A stretch of DNA of 64,000 nucleotides from Myxococcota bacterium (GCA_030748735.1 JASMLK010000067.1:161-64160); one strand, 5' to 3'. Counted from the first letter of the stretch, positions 54,613 through 64,000 are shown. Program-made: numbers and translations. Notes: a model not told the origin generated them from the letters alone.

Positions 54613-56118
54613 TCAGGGCAAGGCGACGCGGCGAACGATTTCGAGCAGGTCGATCGGAAGCAAGCCGCCAGCGGGCTGGACGCCGAACGCCACGGTGGCC
54701 ACCGCACAAACGAGAAGTGCGATGGTGGCCGGCAGGGGAGTGCCGGGCGTGAGCCCGCCGTGACTGCGAAGCATGTACATCGCAATCGCCACGCGCAGAT
54801 ACGCTGCGAAGAGCACGACGGTCGCTGCGCCGGTGACGAGCGCCAGGACCACGTTCTCACTCGCGATCATCACCTGCATGGCATAGAGGCGACTGATGAA
54901 GCCCGCCGTTCCGGGAAGCGCGGCCAGGCCCAGCAGGAAGAGCGCGAATGATGCGGCGAGAATCGGTGCCCGTTCCGCGAGGCCCGCGAATTCGCCCAGC
55001 TGCACCCCACCGCTGCGCTCCCGGGTGAGTACGCTGAGCACGCCGAAGGCGCCGAGCTGCATCACGACGAATGTCGCGATCTCGAGGGCCGCAGCCGACG
55101 AACTCGCCTGCGCTTCCACGGACAACACGCCGAGAATCAGACCCGCATGAACCACCGCGCCATGGGCGAGTACCCGCTTCACGCTCGACTGGAAGAGCGC
55201 AGACACACTTCCGATCGCCATGCTCAACATTGCGAAGGCGACGAGCACCTTGTCGATCCCGGGAAGCACCGACGAGTCGAGACCTGGCCCCAGACGCAGC
55301 AACGCAAACGCGACGACTCCAACGAGGCCCGTGCTCGCCCATGAAGCCGCCAACGGCGATGCGCCATCACACACGTTCGGCAACCAGTGATGAAACGGCG
55401 CCGCACCGAGTCGCGTCAACATGCCGACCCAGACGAGCGCGGTCCCGGCAGCTACGAGCTTCGCTCCCGCTTCCCCGGCACCCCCGATCGTCGCGAAGTC
55501 GACGACCGCGAGATCTCCACGTGCGCCGTAGAGGAGCGCGATGCCGTAGAGCGTGATCGCACTCGCGAAGCCCAGGACGAGCAAGAGCCGCGTCCCCGCT
55601 TCGAGGCTTCGCTCGCGATCGCGTTCGAGGGACACCAGCGCGATCGCGGGCAAGGTCGCAAGCTCGATCGCAAAGAACAGGCTCACGAAGTTGCCCGCAC
55701 ACACGGTCGTCACGCATCCCGTGAGCGACAACAGAAGAAGCGGATAGAACTCGCCTCGCTGGACACCGCTTTCCTTTGGCGCAGAGATCGCAAACAAGAG
55801 CACGATCAGCGCCGCACTACAGAGCAGCATCATCGCGAAGTTCGAAACCGGATCGACGACCAGCATCGCCCCCCACGCCTTCACCACACGGTCGCCGAAG
55901 AAGAGGTTGAAGCCGGCAATCACCAGAGCAAAGGAGACGAACGCGCCCGCCACGACGGCGAGAAGGGAGCGGTGAACCCACGCCATGCGACTGCTGGCCT
56001 CGCGTGAGGCCGGGCCGTGCATCGCCGCGTCGACGAGCACCGTCACGATGCTCCCCGCGGCAAGCAGCCCGGGAGGCCCCAACGCTTCGAAAGCGGCCAT
56101 CGTATTCGTCATGGCCAA
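54613..56118 (-). CDS. nuoN: NADH-quinone oxidoreductase subunit N-like antiporter subunit
   Basis: 501 aa, about 14 TM helices, last gene of the A-H-J-K-L-M-N order. Confidence 0.8.
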   Translation of the reverse strand: MAMTNTMAAFEALGPPGLLAAGSIVTVLVDAAMHGPASREASSRMAWVHRSLLAVVAGAFVSFALVIAGFNLFFGDRVVKAWGAMLVVDPVSNFAMMLLCSAALIVLLFAISAPKESGVQRGEFYPLLLLSLTGCVTTVCAGNFVSLFFAIELATLPAIALVSLERDRERSLEAGTRLLLVLGFASAITLYGIALLYGARGDLAVVDFATIGGAGEAGAKLVAAGTALVWVGMLTRLGAAPFHHWLPNVCDGASPLAASWASTGLVGVVAFALLRLGPGLDSSVLPGIDKVLVAFAMLSMAIGSVSALFQSSVKRVLAHGAVVHAGLILGVLSVEAQASSSAAALEIATFVVMQLGAFGVLSVLTRERSGGVQLGEFAGLAERAPILAASFALFLLGLAALPGTAGFISRLYAMQVMIASENVVLALVTGAATVVLFAAYLRVAIAMYMLRSHGGLTPGTPLPATIALLVCAVATVAFGVQPAGGLLPIDLLEIVRRVALP

Positions 56119-57743
56119 CGATCTGCCCGAGCGAGGTTCGCTTCTGCGAGCGCCGACGTATCACCCTGCCGCGCCTGCTCGACCTCGAACAGCAGGAGGC
56201 TCACCGGCGGTTCGACTCGGCGAAGGATCGGGTTCGGATACACGCCGATCCACAACATCGGAACGATCAGGAGCAGGACGACGATGCGTTCACGCCACCC
56301 GAAGTCGATCAGACCGCGGTTTTCGGGTTTTTCGAGGGGGCCGAGCAGCACGCGCCCCACGACGAACCAGAGTGTGCCCGCGACCAGGACGAGGCCCACG
56401 AGAGCAAGCGCGAACCACCCCAGACCCATCGGCAGAGTCCCCAGCATGACGAGGAAGCTGCCCACGAAGCCACTCGTGCCGGGCACGCTCGCCTGGGCGA
56501 GCAACACGACTGCGAACAGACCTGCGGCGATCGGCATGGGTTTCGCGAGACCGCCGTACTCGTCGAGGACATGGGTTTCGCGACGCTCGATCAAGAAGCC
56601 GAACATGATGAAGAGAGCCGCAATCGTGAGCCCATGACTCAACATGTGGATCACTGCGCCCACCACGGCGTGATGCTGCAGGGTGAAGATGCCCAGCACG
56701 ATGAAACCCATGTGGGCAAGCGACAGACACCCGAGAAAGCGCTTCACGTCGGTCTGTGCCACACACAGGAGTCCGGCCGCGATCAAGCCGAAGACCGCCA
56801 ATCCGCTGAGCCATTCCACGGCTTCACTCGCGGCCGTTGGAAACAGCGGCAACGCCACGCGAAGAAACACATAGATGCCGAGCTTCAGTACCGACGCAGC
56901 GACGATCACGCTTCCTGCTGTGGAGGCGTCCTTCTGCGCGGCGTTGTACCAGCTGTGGAAGGGAAGCAGGGGGATCTTGATCGCGAAAGCGAAGACGAAC
57001 GCGGCGAAGAGCACTTGCTGTGTCTTCCACCAGACATCGGTGCCATGGAGGGGAATCTCGGTTTCGAGTAGCGCCAACCCCGGCAAGTCGCCGAGGGTGA
57101 CGAGGTCGAAGTTCGCCAGGCCCGACTGATCGAAGTTCAGCTGGAAGACGACCAGCGATGCGACCAGGAGCAACATCGAACTCGCCAGGCCGAAGAGCAG
57201 GTAGCGGGTCGCCGTCTGCAGCCCGGTCGACCCCCCGAAGCGACCCATCAAGAAGAAGCTCGAGATCAGCGTGAGTTCCCAGAAGAAGTAGAGCTGGATC
57301 CAGTTGAGCGACAACAGTGCGCCGATCACGCCGGTTTCGAGGAACAAGAGAAGCACCGAGTAACTGCGCAGGGGATGCTCGACTTCCTTCCACGACGCGA
57401 GAAGCGCAATCGGCGCGATGAAGGTCGTCAGCAGCACGAGTACGAGACTGATGCCATCGACTCCGACGAAGTAGTGGATGCCGAACTCGGGGATCCAACT
57501 CGCGCGCTCGACCCACTGATACCCGATCTCCATCGGATCAAAGCCACGCCAGAGAACCACCGCAGCGAGTACGAAGTTCGCCGCGCCACTCGTGAGCGCG
57601 ATCGCGCGCCAGACCCACCCAGGAACACCGGCCGAACGAAAGACCGACGTCGCAACGATGCGAAACGCCAGCAAGCCGAGTGCCGTGAAGAGCGGCAAGA
57701 AGATGATCGCGCTGAGCAGATGCGTTTCGAGTAGCGACGTCAC
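56109..57743 (-). CDS. nuoM: NADH-quinone oxidoreductase subunit M-like antiporter subunit
   Basis: 544 aa, polytopic, position between L and N. ATGA overlap with nuoL. Confidence 0.8.
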   Translation of the reverse strand: MTSLLETHLLSAIIFLPLFTALGLLAFRIVATSVFRSAGVPGWVWRAIALTSGAANFVLAAVVLWRGFDPMEIGYQWVERASWIPEFGIHYFVGVDGISLVLVLLTTFIAPIALLASWKEVEHPLRSYSVLLLFLETGVIGALLSLNWIQLYFFWELTLISSFFLMGRFGGSTGLQTATRYLLFGLASSMLLLVASLVVFQLNFDQSGLANFDLVTLGDLPGLALLETEIPLHGTDVWWKTQQVLFAAFVFAFAIKIPLLPFHSWYNAAQKDASTAGSVIVAASVLKLGIYVFLRVALPLFPTAASEAVEWLSGLAVFGLIAAGLLCVAQTDVKRFLGCLSLAHMGFIVLGIFTLQHHAVVGAVIHMLSHGLTIAALFIMFGFLIERRETHVLDEYGGLAKPMPIAAGLFAVVLLAQASVPGTSGFVGSFLVMLGTLPMGLGWFALALVGLVLVAGTLWFVVGRVLLGPLEKPENRGLIDFGWRERIVVLLLIVPMLWIGVYPNPILRRVEPPVSLLLFEVEQARQGDTSALAEANLARADRWP

Positions 57744-59755
57744 GGCAGCACCGCCGCGAGTAGCGCCATTGCCCCCAACAAGGCGAAGAGCAGCGATACG
57801 TCCGGAAGCCCGCGCTCGGCGCGGCGCAGCCCCGTCAGGAACGTGCGTCCCAGATTTGCCCCCTGCACGCCGATCCGCCGCCGCACCTTCTCGAGAATCG
57901 CGCCCACACTGAGGTCGAGCCAGAAGCGGGAAAGTGCGCCGAGCGGCCGCCCCACGGCGCGGTCGACGCGCTCCGCGGCCCGCCGCCCTGCCAACACGTT
58001 CTGGACCGGGGCCAGACGACGATTCAATCGGGTGCGAGCCCGCGGAAACCGTACGAAGAAGAGATAGGTCGTCGAAAAGCCCACGAGGGTGACGAGTAGA
58101 GAAGCGAAGACGAGCTGCCAGCGCACCGAGGCTTCGATGCCGGCGCCCGCGACCTCAGTGAATTCCAGCGCGAGAAATTGAGTCAGGCTGTCCGACCCTT
58201 CGACGCCACCCTGGAGCAGGTCTCCCCAGATCTGCGCAGGGTTCATCGCGGCCCCCAGAATCGACACGAAGGCCAGCCCATATAGAGGAAGCATGAAGGA
58301 CAGCGGTGGGTCGTTGAATTCACCGCGAAAACCGAGGGGCGTGCGAATCGATCCCCAGAAGACGTCGATCAAGAAGCGCGAGATCGCCCAGCTCACGAGG
58401 CCCGTTCCGATGAGACCCATCGCGTAGAGGAGCCCCGCACCGGGCATCCCACCGCTTTCGAACGGTGCGGCGAGCGCCTGTTCGCGCGACAAGAAGAAGC
58501 CGGGAGAGAACACGCCGATCAAGGCCATCAGGTGCGTGAGAATCAAGCGCACGTTGAGACCGCCCATCCGGCGGATGTCCCGTTCACCGTCGAGGGTGTG
58601 GATCACCGACCCGGCACAGAGCACGAGGAGGGTGAAGACGATCAACGTCATGCCGATCTGGAAGACCGCAGCGCTATACGCGCCGCTTCCCACTGCGATG
58701 AAGGCGATCGCGAACTGGCTGATCGCAGCAGCCACCAGGATCGCGATCAAGTCCCGCTGTGCAAGCGCGATCGCCGCCCCCGCAATCGCCGACACACCGC
58801 CCACCCATGCCAGTACGGTCCCCGTCATGGGGCTGGCGTCGATCAAGAAAGACAGCCGGCAGCAGAGAACGACGCCCATCGAGGCATTGATCAACCCCAT
58901 CGCGGCCGCGGGCGCGGGGGCACGCGCGATACCCGCCGCTGCGATCGTGAAAGGAAACTGTGCCGCGCGGCCGATGGCCGCGAGTGCCACCGCTGCGGCA
59001 ACCAGCGCCATGGTTTGAACTTCCGCCCCAAATGGCAGCGTGATCTGCGCACGGCCGAGGCTGGGAAGGCTCTCTCGAATCGCACCGAAGTCGAGGGCGT
59101 GGGGACCCGTGCTTGCGAGCGACCAGAAGAGCACCACGACTGCGAGCACCAGGGCTGCGTCGATCACCAGGCTTGTCACGATGCTTCGGGTTGCGGCGCG
59201 GCGGCTCCCTTCTTCCGAGTACCAGAACCCGACGAGCCACGCCGTCCCCACACCGCCACCGATCCAGCCCGCCAACAGGAGCAGCAGGTTGTCGGCGAAG
59301 ATGAAGACGAGAGACGAAGAGAAGGCGAGGCCGAGAAAGACGAAGAAGCGCTGATAGCCGGCATCAGCTCGTGCATCGAGCTCCATGATGGCGAGCCCAG
59401 AGGCGAAGACCGCCAGCGCAACGGCGATGAACAGAATGCCGAACACGGCCGAAAGCGAGTCGAAACGAAAGATCAACTCTGCGTCGAAGACCGCGTCCCC
59501 CACGCCAACACCGATCCAGCTCCAGACTGCGTCACGTATGACCCGCGCATCGCGGTCGAGTTCGATGAGCTCGACGAAGGCCGAAACGACGAACACGAAC
59601 GCCAGGACGAGCGGAACGAGGGTCAGACCTACGACCCACACGCGCCGCACCGGCTTGCGAGCAAAGAACAAAGCCACGGCCTGCACGATGACGGCGGCCA
59701 GCGGCAGACCCACGATCCACCTCACGACGGGAGCGGCTGCAGCGTCTTCGATCAC
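57740..59755 (-). CDS. nuoL: NADH-quinone oxidoreductase subunit L-like antiporter subunit
   Basis: 671 aa. Its length and C-terminal extension are consistent with NuoL. Confidence 0.8.
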   Translation of the reverse strand: MIEDAAAAPVVRWIVGLPLAAVIVQAVALFFARKPVRRVWVVGLTLVPLVLAFVFVVSAFVELIELDRDARVIRDAVWSWIGVGVGDAVFDAELIFRFDSLSAVFGILFIAVALAVFASGLAIMELDARADAGYQRFFVFLGLAFSSSLVFIFADNLLLLLAGWIGGGVGTAWLVGFWYSEEGSRRAATRSIVTSLVIDAALVLAVVVLFWSLASTGPHALDFGAIRESLPSLGRAQITLPFGAEVQTMALVAAAVALAAIGRAAQFPFTIAAAGIARAPAPAAAMGLINASMGVVLCCRLSFLIDASPMTGTVLAWVGGVSAIAGAAIALAQRDLIAILVAAAISQFAIAFIAVGSGAYSAAVFQIGMTLIVFTLLVLCAGSVIHTLDGERDIRRMGGLNVRLILTHLMALIGVFSPGFFLSREQALAAPFESGGMPGAGLLYAMGLIGTGLVSWAISRFLIDVFWGSIRTPLGFRGEFNDPPLSFMLPLYGLAFVSILGAAMNPAQIWGDLLQGGVEGSDSLTQFLALEFTEVAGAGIEASVRWQLVFASLLVTLVGFSTTYLFFVRFPRARTRLNRRLAPVQNVLAGRRAAERVDRAVGRPLGALSRFWLDLSVGAILEKVRRRIGVQGANLGRTFLTGLRRAERGLPDVSLLFALLGAMALLAAVLP

Positions 59756-59783
59756 GAAACACCCATGAGGGCGCGACCGCGAA

Positions 59784-60104
59784 CTACCACGGGACCGGCC
59801 CCCCCTTGCGGGCCGCCGTTCGTGCCCTTGCGATCAAGAGCGATGCGGTCACCACCGTCTGTGCAGCGAGAAGGATCACCGCCGACACGCCGAAGCCCTG
59901 GCCCGTCGCTCCCGCTCCCGCTGCCGCGAGTGCGTGCCGCAGATCGAAACCCACGAGGGCGAGCACGCCCGCAGAAACCATCAACTGCAAACTCGTCATC
60001 ATGGCGAGCGAACTGCGACGGGCGAAGACGCCCGCGACCCCGACTCCGAAGAGCAGGGGCGAGAGCCACGAAATCACTCCGAGTGCGAAGCCCGGATCGA
60101 TCAT
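59784..60104 (-). CDS. nuoK: NADH-quinone oxidoreductase subunit K-like protein
   Basis: 106 aa, three TM helices. ARRSSLAMMTSLQLMVSAG aligns to the canonical RRN..L.S.ELM.NA region. Confidence 0.8.
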   Translation of the reverse strand: MIDPGFALGVISWLSPLLFGVGVAGVFARRSSLAMMTSLQLMVSAGVLALVGFDLRHALAAAGAGATGQGFGVSAVILLAAQTVVTASLLIARARTAARKGGPVPW

Positions 60105-60637
60105 TCTTCGAGCCTCCCTTTGACGAGAAAGCCCGCTGTCACCGTCACGGAGAGCAGAATCAGCCCCGCAAGGAGCGTCGTCACCCCATGATCTGCAACG
60201 ACGACCCGCCCCACCTCGGCAAAGCCCGCCGTGTGAGATGCGATCCGTTCACCCTTGTCGAATTCAGGCAGAAGTGCAGCTTCGGTAAACCAGACCGCCG
60301 AAGCCATGAACGCTCCGCCGCCGATGCCGAGCACGATCAACAACCAGTGGGATGGCGCGCTCTTGTCCGCACTCGCCTCCGGGGTTGAGACCTCAGAGCC
60401 CGGATCCAGCGCCCCAACGAAATAAAACAAGACGAGCCCCTGCCCCGCAGTCACCAGCAGTTGCGCGAGGGCGATGCTCGTCGCTCCGAGCACCGCGAAC
60501 AACGTGGCGAGCAGTCCAGACGAGATCAGAAGCAGCGCCGTGCGCATCCGCTCGCCCCAGCTGGTTGCCACCGCGAGTGCCCCAGACACGAGAACGAGGA
60601 GAGCGAGTACGACCAGGACGATGGATTCGAAGATCAT
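60101..60637 (-). CDS. nuoJ: NADH-quinone oxidoreductase subunit J-like protein
   Basis: About 178 aa. Start at the ATG forming an ATGA overlap with the nuoH stop. Hydrophobic profile and position fit NuoJ. Confidence 0.75.
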   Translation of the reverse strand: MIFESIVLVVLALLVLVSGALAVATSWGERMRTALLLISSGLLATLFAVLGATSIALAQLLVTAGQGLVLFYFVGALDPGSEVSTPEASADKSAPSHWLLIVLGIGGGAFMASAVWFTEAALLPEFDKGERIASHTAGFAEVGRVVVADHGVTTLLAGLILLSVTVTAGFLVKGRLEE

Positions 60638-61776
60638 CGCAGCACCAGAGCGCCGCCGAACCACTGCGCGGTCACGAAGACGTTCAACAGCGCGAGGGGG
60701 ATCGCGTAGCGCCAGCAGAGCCCGAGTGCGCGTTCGAACGTGAGTGCATCGAGCCTTCGCTGAAGCGGGTCGAGGGCGAGCGTCACCAGCATCAACTTGG
60801 TGACGAACACCGCGATGTGGATGCCCATGCAGAGGATCGTCGCGAGGCCCACGCCGAAGTACGGCGAGATGAAGCCGATGATCGTGTCAGCGGGAGCGAA
60901 GGGAATTGCGCCACCACCGAGGAAGAGCGCCACGAACCATGCGGCCACCACGAGCGCGGTCGCGTCTCGCCCGCAATCGACGAGGAAGGCTTCGACACCG
61001 TCGCGAGGCGGCGATGACGCTTCGTCGGAATTGTCGGGCACGAGTTCGTTGCCGGGCCGCGGTATCGCAAGGGCACAGATGACGAACACCACGAACGAGA
61101 CCGGTTGCAAGAAGACACCCCATGCCGGCAACTCGAGCCGTTGCAGCGCGGGAAGTGCAGGGCCGAAGAAGTGTCCGATGTGAAGAGAGCTGTCCTGCGC
61201 GAGCGCGATCGCGAGGGGGTCGATGTCACCGAACACGATCGCGAGCGCGGCCACCGAGAAACCGGCGGCGGCGGAGAACGACGCCGTCATCACGCCAAAG
61301 CGAACGCGAAGGGCGGGGTCGGGGAGCAGGGTGGTCGCGCCGTAGAGGCCGACGAGCATGGAAACCACGAGCCACGCGAGCCCACCGTCGAGCCGAACTG
61401 CCACCAACGCGAATTCGCTCTGCGGGAACTGGTAGTGAACACCGAGTGGGACGAGCGAAAGCGCGAGCAGTGGTGCAACGAAGACGGCGAACGCAGCAGC
61501 AAAGCGGCCCGCACGTTGCAGACGCGTCCCTTCGCCGACCACGATCAATCGGTCGAGTGAAGTCGCGAGAGGTTCGATCAAGCCGACCACGGGATGTCGA
61601 GCGAACGGCCCCTCGACGCGTGGCGCGCTGTGCCCCAACAAGCGACGACGCAACGGCACGAGAAGCGAGACGAGGGCGACTGCTTCGACTGCGCCTCCGA
61701 GCAGCATGCGTTTCCCTCTCGTGTATCGATGCAGCGCGCGTTCACCGGCACCGCGATCGCGGCAACCGCCGATCAA
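60634..61776 (-). CDS. nuoH: divergent NADH-quinone oxidoreductase subunit H-like protein
   Basis: C-terminus TFERALGLCWRYAIPLALLNVFVTA parallels the canonical RYDQ.M.FGWK..LPL.L.NLLVTA. The rest is strongly diverged. Confidence 0.65.
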   Translation of the reverse strand: MIGGCRDRGAGERALHRYTRGKRMLLGGAVEAVALVSLLVPLRRRLLGHSAPRVEGPFARHPVVGLIEPLATSLDRLIVVGEGTRLQRAGRFAAAFAVFVAPLLALSLVPLGVHYQFPQSEFALVAVRLDGGLAWLVVSMLVGLYGATTLLPDPALRVRFGVMTASFSAAAGFSVAALAIVFGDIDPLAIALAQDSSLHIGHFFGPALPALQRLELPAWGVFLQPVSFVVFVICALAIPRPGNELVPDNSDEASSPPRDGVEAFLVDCGRDATALVVAAWFVALFLGGGAIPFAPADTIIGFISPYFGVGLATILCMGIHIAVFVTKLMLVTLALDPLQRRLDALTFERALGLCWRYAIPLALLNVFVTAQWFGGALVLR

Positions 61777-62216
61777 TCCACCGCGGCGTCAGCTTTGGAC
61801 GAAGTCGTGGAGCCTTCAGCCAGTGAAGAGCCTTCAGCCAGTGAAGAGCCATCGGCCAGTGAAGAGCCATCGGCGAAAGAAGTCCCGCGAGCCCATGAAT
61901 AGAAGATCGCGACCATCAGGCAGAACCCCACGCCCAGCATCACCATCGTCCCCGTGAGCCCCGTCTCACCGGCCGACGCGCCCCACAGGTAGAAATAGAA
62001 GGAGCCCACATGGAGGACGAAACCCACGATCGCCACCACGAAGTGACGCCCCGTGGTGCTTCGCGAGGGGTCCGCCGCCGTCGCGGGTGCGCCTTCGCCA
62101 GCTTCCGCTTCGCCCACGAAGCGTCGGTGAAGAAGACCCGCAAAGCCGCGTAAGCCGAGCGCGAACACGAGCGCGATGGCGAGCAGACCAAAGGCCGTAG
62201 CAACTGGCTCGAGCAT
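61773..62216 (-). CDS. nuoA: divergent NADH-quinone oxidoreductase subunit A-like protein with repetitive C-terminal tail
   Basis: About 147 aa, three TM helices, first gene of the cluster. Start set at the MLEPVATAF ATG. The assignment rests mainly on size, topology and position. Confidence 0.55.
   Translation of the reverse strand: MLEPVATAFGLLAIALVFALGLRGFAGLLHRRFVGEAEAGEGAPATAADPSRSTTGRHFVVAIVGFVLHVGSFYFYLWGASAGETGLTGTMVMLGVGFCLMVAIFYSWARGTSFADGSSLADGSSLAEGSSLAEGSTTSSKADAAVD
61810..61881. repeat. 18-bp tandem repeat x4 (gagccttcagccagtgaa type) inside the nuoA-like 3' end
   Basis: Units at 61810, 61828, 61846 and 61864, the last degenerate. They encode a hexapeptide array, (S/F)-(L/A)-(A/D)-(E/D)-G-S, at the protein C-terminus. 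Confidence 0.9.
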
Positions 62217-62457
62217 CGCTTCCCTCCCTGCCTCGGTCCCCGGATCCGGGGCAGCATTCCACTGCGCAAGTTCGCAAGTTCGCAAACTGGCAAATCGCGC
62301 GTTTCGGCTGGGGGGTCGATTCGCTCGTAGAACAGCGAACCCGTTGTGGTCAAAGTAGAAGGGTGGTGACGTCGGCGCAACAGACTGTTGCATGCTGACT
62401 GTACCTCCAACCCATCTTCGCTTCGGGTTGCTGGGCGCGGTCCGCTAAATTGCCGCG

Positions 62458-63465
62458 ATGGGGATTCCGGTCGGTGTGTTGGGAGGGGGGAGTTTCGGGA
62501 CCTGTCTCGCGCTCCTCTGCGCCCAGCACGGCGATGTCACGCTCTGGACTCGCCACGAAGACGTCGTCGAGTCGATCCACACGCATCACCGCAACCCTCG
62601 CCATCTACGCGAAGCCGAGATCCCCGAAAACGTTCGGGCGACCACCGATCTCGCCGCCGCGGTGAAGGACAAGGAGCTGCTCGTCTGCGCCGTGCCGAGC
62701 CACGCGCTGCGCGACGTCATGGCCAGGGCTGTCCCCCACCTCGCCGAGGGAGCGATCGTCCTTTCGGCGGTCAAGGGAATCGAATGCGAAACCGGCATGA
62801 CGATGCACCAGGTGCTCGAGGACGTGCTCCCGCGCACCCACCACGCACGCATCGCCGTCCTTTCGGGGCCTTCGTTCGCCAGCGAGATCGCGCAACGCAA
62901 GCCCACCGTCGTCACCATCGCCTGCGAAGAAGAAACCTACGCGATCTCGGTGCAGGCGACGCTGTCGTGCCCCTGGTTTCGTTGTTACACGAGCACCGAC
63001 GTGATGGGAGTCGAACTGGGCGGAGCGCTCAAGAACGTGATCGCCATCGCGGTCGGGATGTGTGACGGACAGGAAGCCGGCCACAACACCCGAGCAGCGA
63101 TCATGACCCGCGGGCTCACGGAGATTACGCGCCTGGGCATCCGCATGGGCGCAGACCCGACGACCTTCCTCGGTCTTTCGGGGATGGGCGACTTGATCCT
63201 GACCTGCACCGGTGACCTTTCCCGCAATCGTCACGTCGGGTTCGAGCTGGGTCGCGGGCGTTCACTCGACGAAATTCTCGGCGAAATGGATGAAGTCGCC
63301 GAAGGGGTGCGGACGACGCGTGCAGCCTGCCGCCTCGCCGATCGCTTGAACATCGACATGCCGATCGCCCGCGGCGTTGCCGAAGTGCTCGATGGTGTTC
63401 GCACACCCGCTGAAGCCGGGGCGCTCTTGATGTCGCGACAACTCAAGGCAGAATTCACCAGATGA
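62458..63465 (+). CDS. gpsA: NAD(P)H-dependent glycerol-3-phosphate dehydrogenase
   Basis: VGVLGGGSFGTCLA Rossmann motif, GALKNVIAIA, and typical 335-aa length. Confidence 0.9.
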   Translation: MGIPVGVLGGGSFGTCLALLCAQHGDVTLWTRHEDVVESIHTHHRNPRHLREAEIPENVRATTDLAAAVKDKELLVCAVPSHALRDVMARAVPHLAEGAIVLSAVKGIECETGMTMHQVLEDVLPRTHHARIAVLSGPSFASEIAQRKPTVVTIACEEETYAISVQATLSCPWFRCYTSTDVMGVELGGALKNVIAIAVGMCDGQEAGHNTRAAIMTRGLTEITRLGIRMGADPTTFLGLSGMGDLILTCTGDLSRNRHVGFELGRGRSLDEILGEMDEVAEGVRTTRAACRLADRLNIDMPIARGVAEVLDGVRTPAEAGALLMSRQLKAEFTR

Positions 63466-64000
63466 AAACCCTTCGGCGCGAAAACCCGGGGCTCTGCTAC
63501 CGCAAAGTCGTCGCGATGCTCGGATTGGCGTGGGTCGCACTTTCGAATCCGGGTTGTGCGAGCAACGTCGCGGAACGCGACTTCTACGATCACAAAGAAA
63601 CGACGACGCTTCTGCGAAGCCACCTCGAAGACGGAAAACCGATCGACCGCGGCTTTCAGCACCCGATCTCGATCAGCGAAGAGCGCTTGCGTCGCATCCT
63701 CGCGACCGTGCGCGTACGCGTCGATGCACGCTTTCGGGATCCCGTCGAAAAGCCCGCGATCGCGGCCGACCTCGTGCCCAGGGTGGCCCGAGCATTGAGC
63801 GAGTCACTCGAGCAAGCCGACTCGAGTGAAGAAGTCGCACTGCTCGCCGTATACAAGTCGCGTCACCTGGGTCTGTTCAGCGAACGCAGACTCACGAGCT
63901 TCGTCGCGTACGTGAAGGACGATCTTCTCACCATCGCGCTGAACCGGGTCGATTGGAATCTTTCGCATCTGCGCACCGGTTCGCAGAACCGCAAGCAACT
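63462..64000 (+). CDS. putative lipoprotein (partial, runs off the window)
   Basis: ATG overlaps the gpsA stop (ATGA). I translated the frame and found it open to position 64000. Signal peptide with lipobox-like LSNPGC. Absent from the ORF track because it has no stop in the window. Confidence 0.6.
   Translation, partial: MKTLRRENPGLCYRKVVAMLGLAWVALSNPGCASNVAERDFYDHKETTTLLRSHLEDGKPIDRGFQHPISISEERLRRILATVRVRVDARFRDPVEKPAIAADLVPRVARALSESLEQADSSEEVALLAVYKSRHLGLFSERRLTSFVAYVKDDLLTIALNRVDWNLSHLRTGSQNRKQ

Overview
GC-rich bacterial chromosomal window (roughly 65-70% GC by eye, so long spurious antisense ORFs are everywhere; lineage not determinable here). About 60 genes are supportable, in four blocks. 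(1) 0.1-6.9 kb is ordinary metabolism: TauD-like dioxygenase, MFS transporter, and a TetR / DUF1214-like / sulfotransferase / epimerase operon. (2) 6.9-21.4 kb is an accessory-looking region anchored on tRNA-Ser(GGA). Four direct copies of a 202-bp repeat, each ending in a tRNA 3'-end-like sequence, divide it into three segments. The segments are a Rad50/SbcC-like ATPase plus Mre11/SbcD-like nuclease pair; a metabolic segment (TetR, molybdopterin oxidoreductase, MarR, GST, crotonase, DUF1993); and a vapBC plus HNH-endonuclease islet. No integrase is visible. (3) 21.3-25.3 kb holds three tRNA-Ser isoacceptors, then serS and selB, whose reading frames overlap. (4) 25.4-54.5 kb is a roughly 29-kb glycan/glycoconjugate locus. 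It has an NDP-heptose logic (split transketolase, GmhA-like isomerase, two cytidylyltransferase-PfkB fusions, HAD phosphatase domain). It also has a glycerol-1-phosphate dehydrogenase-like / TagD-like / tandem CDP-alcohol phosphotransferase branch, two radical SAM enzymes, methyltransferases, a Maf-like transferase, a NeuB-like synthase and an ATP-grasp fusion. Next comes a membrane-arm-only, sequence-divergent complex I cluster (nuoA-H-J-K-L-M-N, no B/C/D/E/F/G/I), then gpsA and a partial lipoprotein gene. The most interesting items are the repeat-bracketed ATPase/nuclease cassette with conserved-spacing inverted-repeat modules, the serial tRNA-linked repeat array, the unusual domain fusions in the glycan locus, and the nuo cluster whose NuoK/NuoA lack the canonical acidic residues. 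All functional calls come from motif recognition by eye, without database searches.
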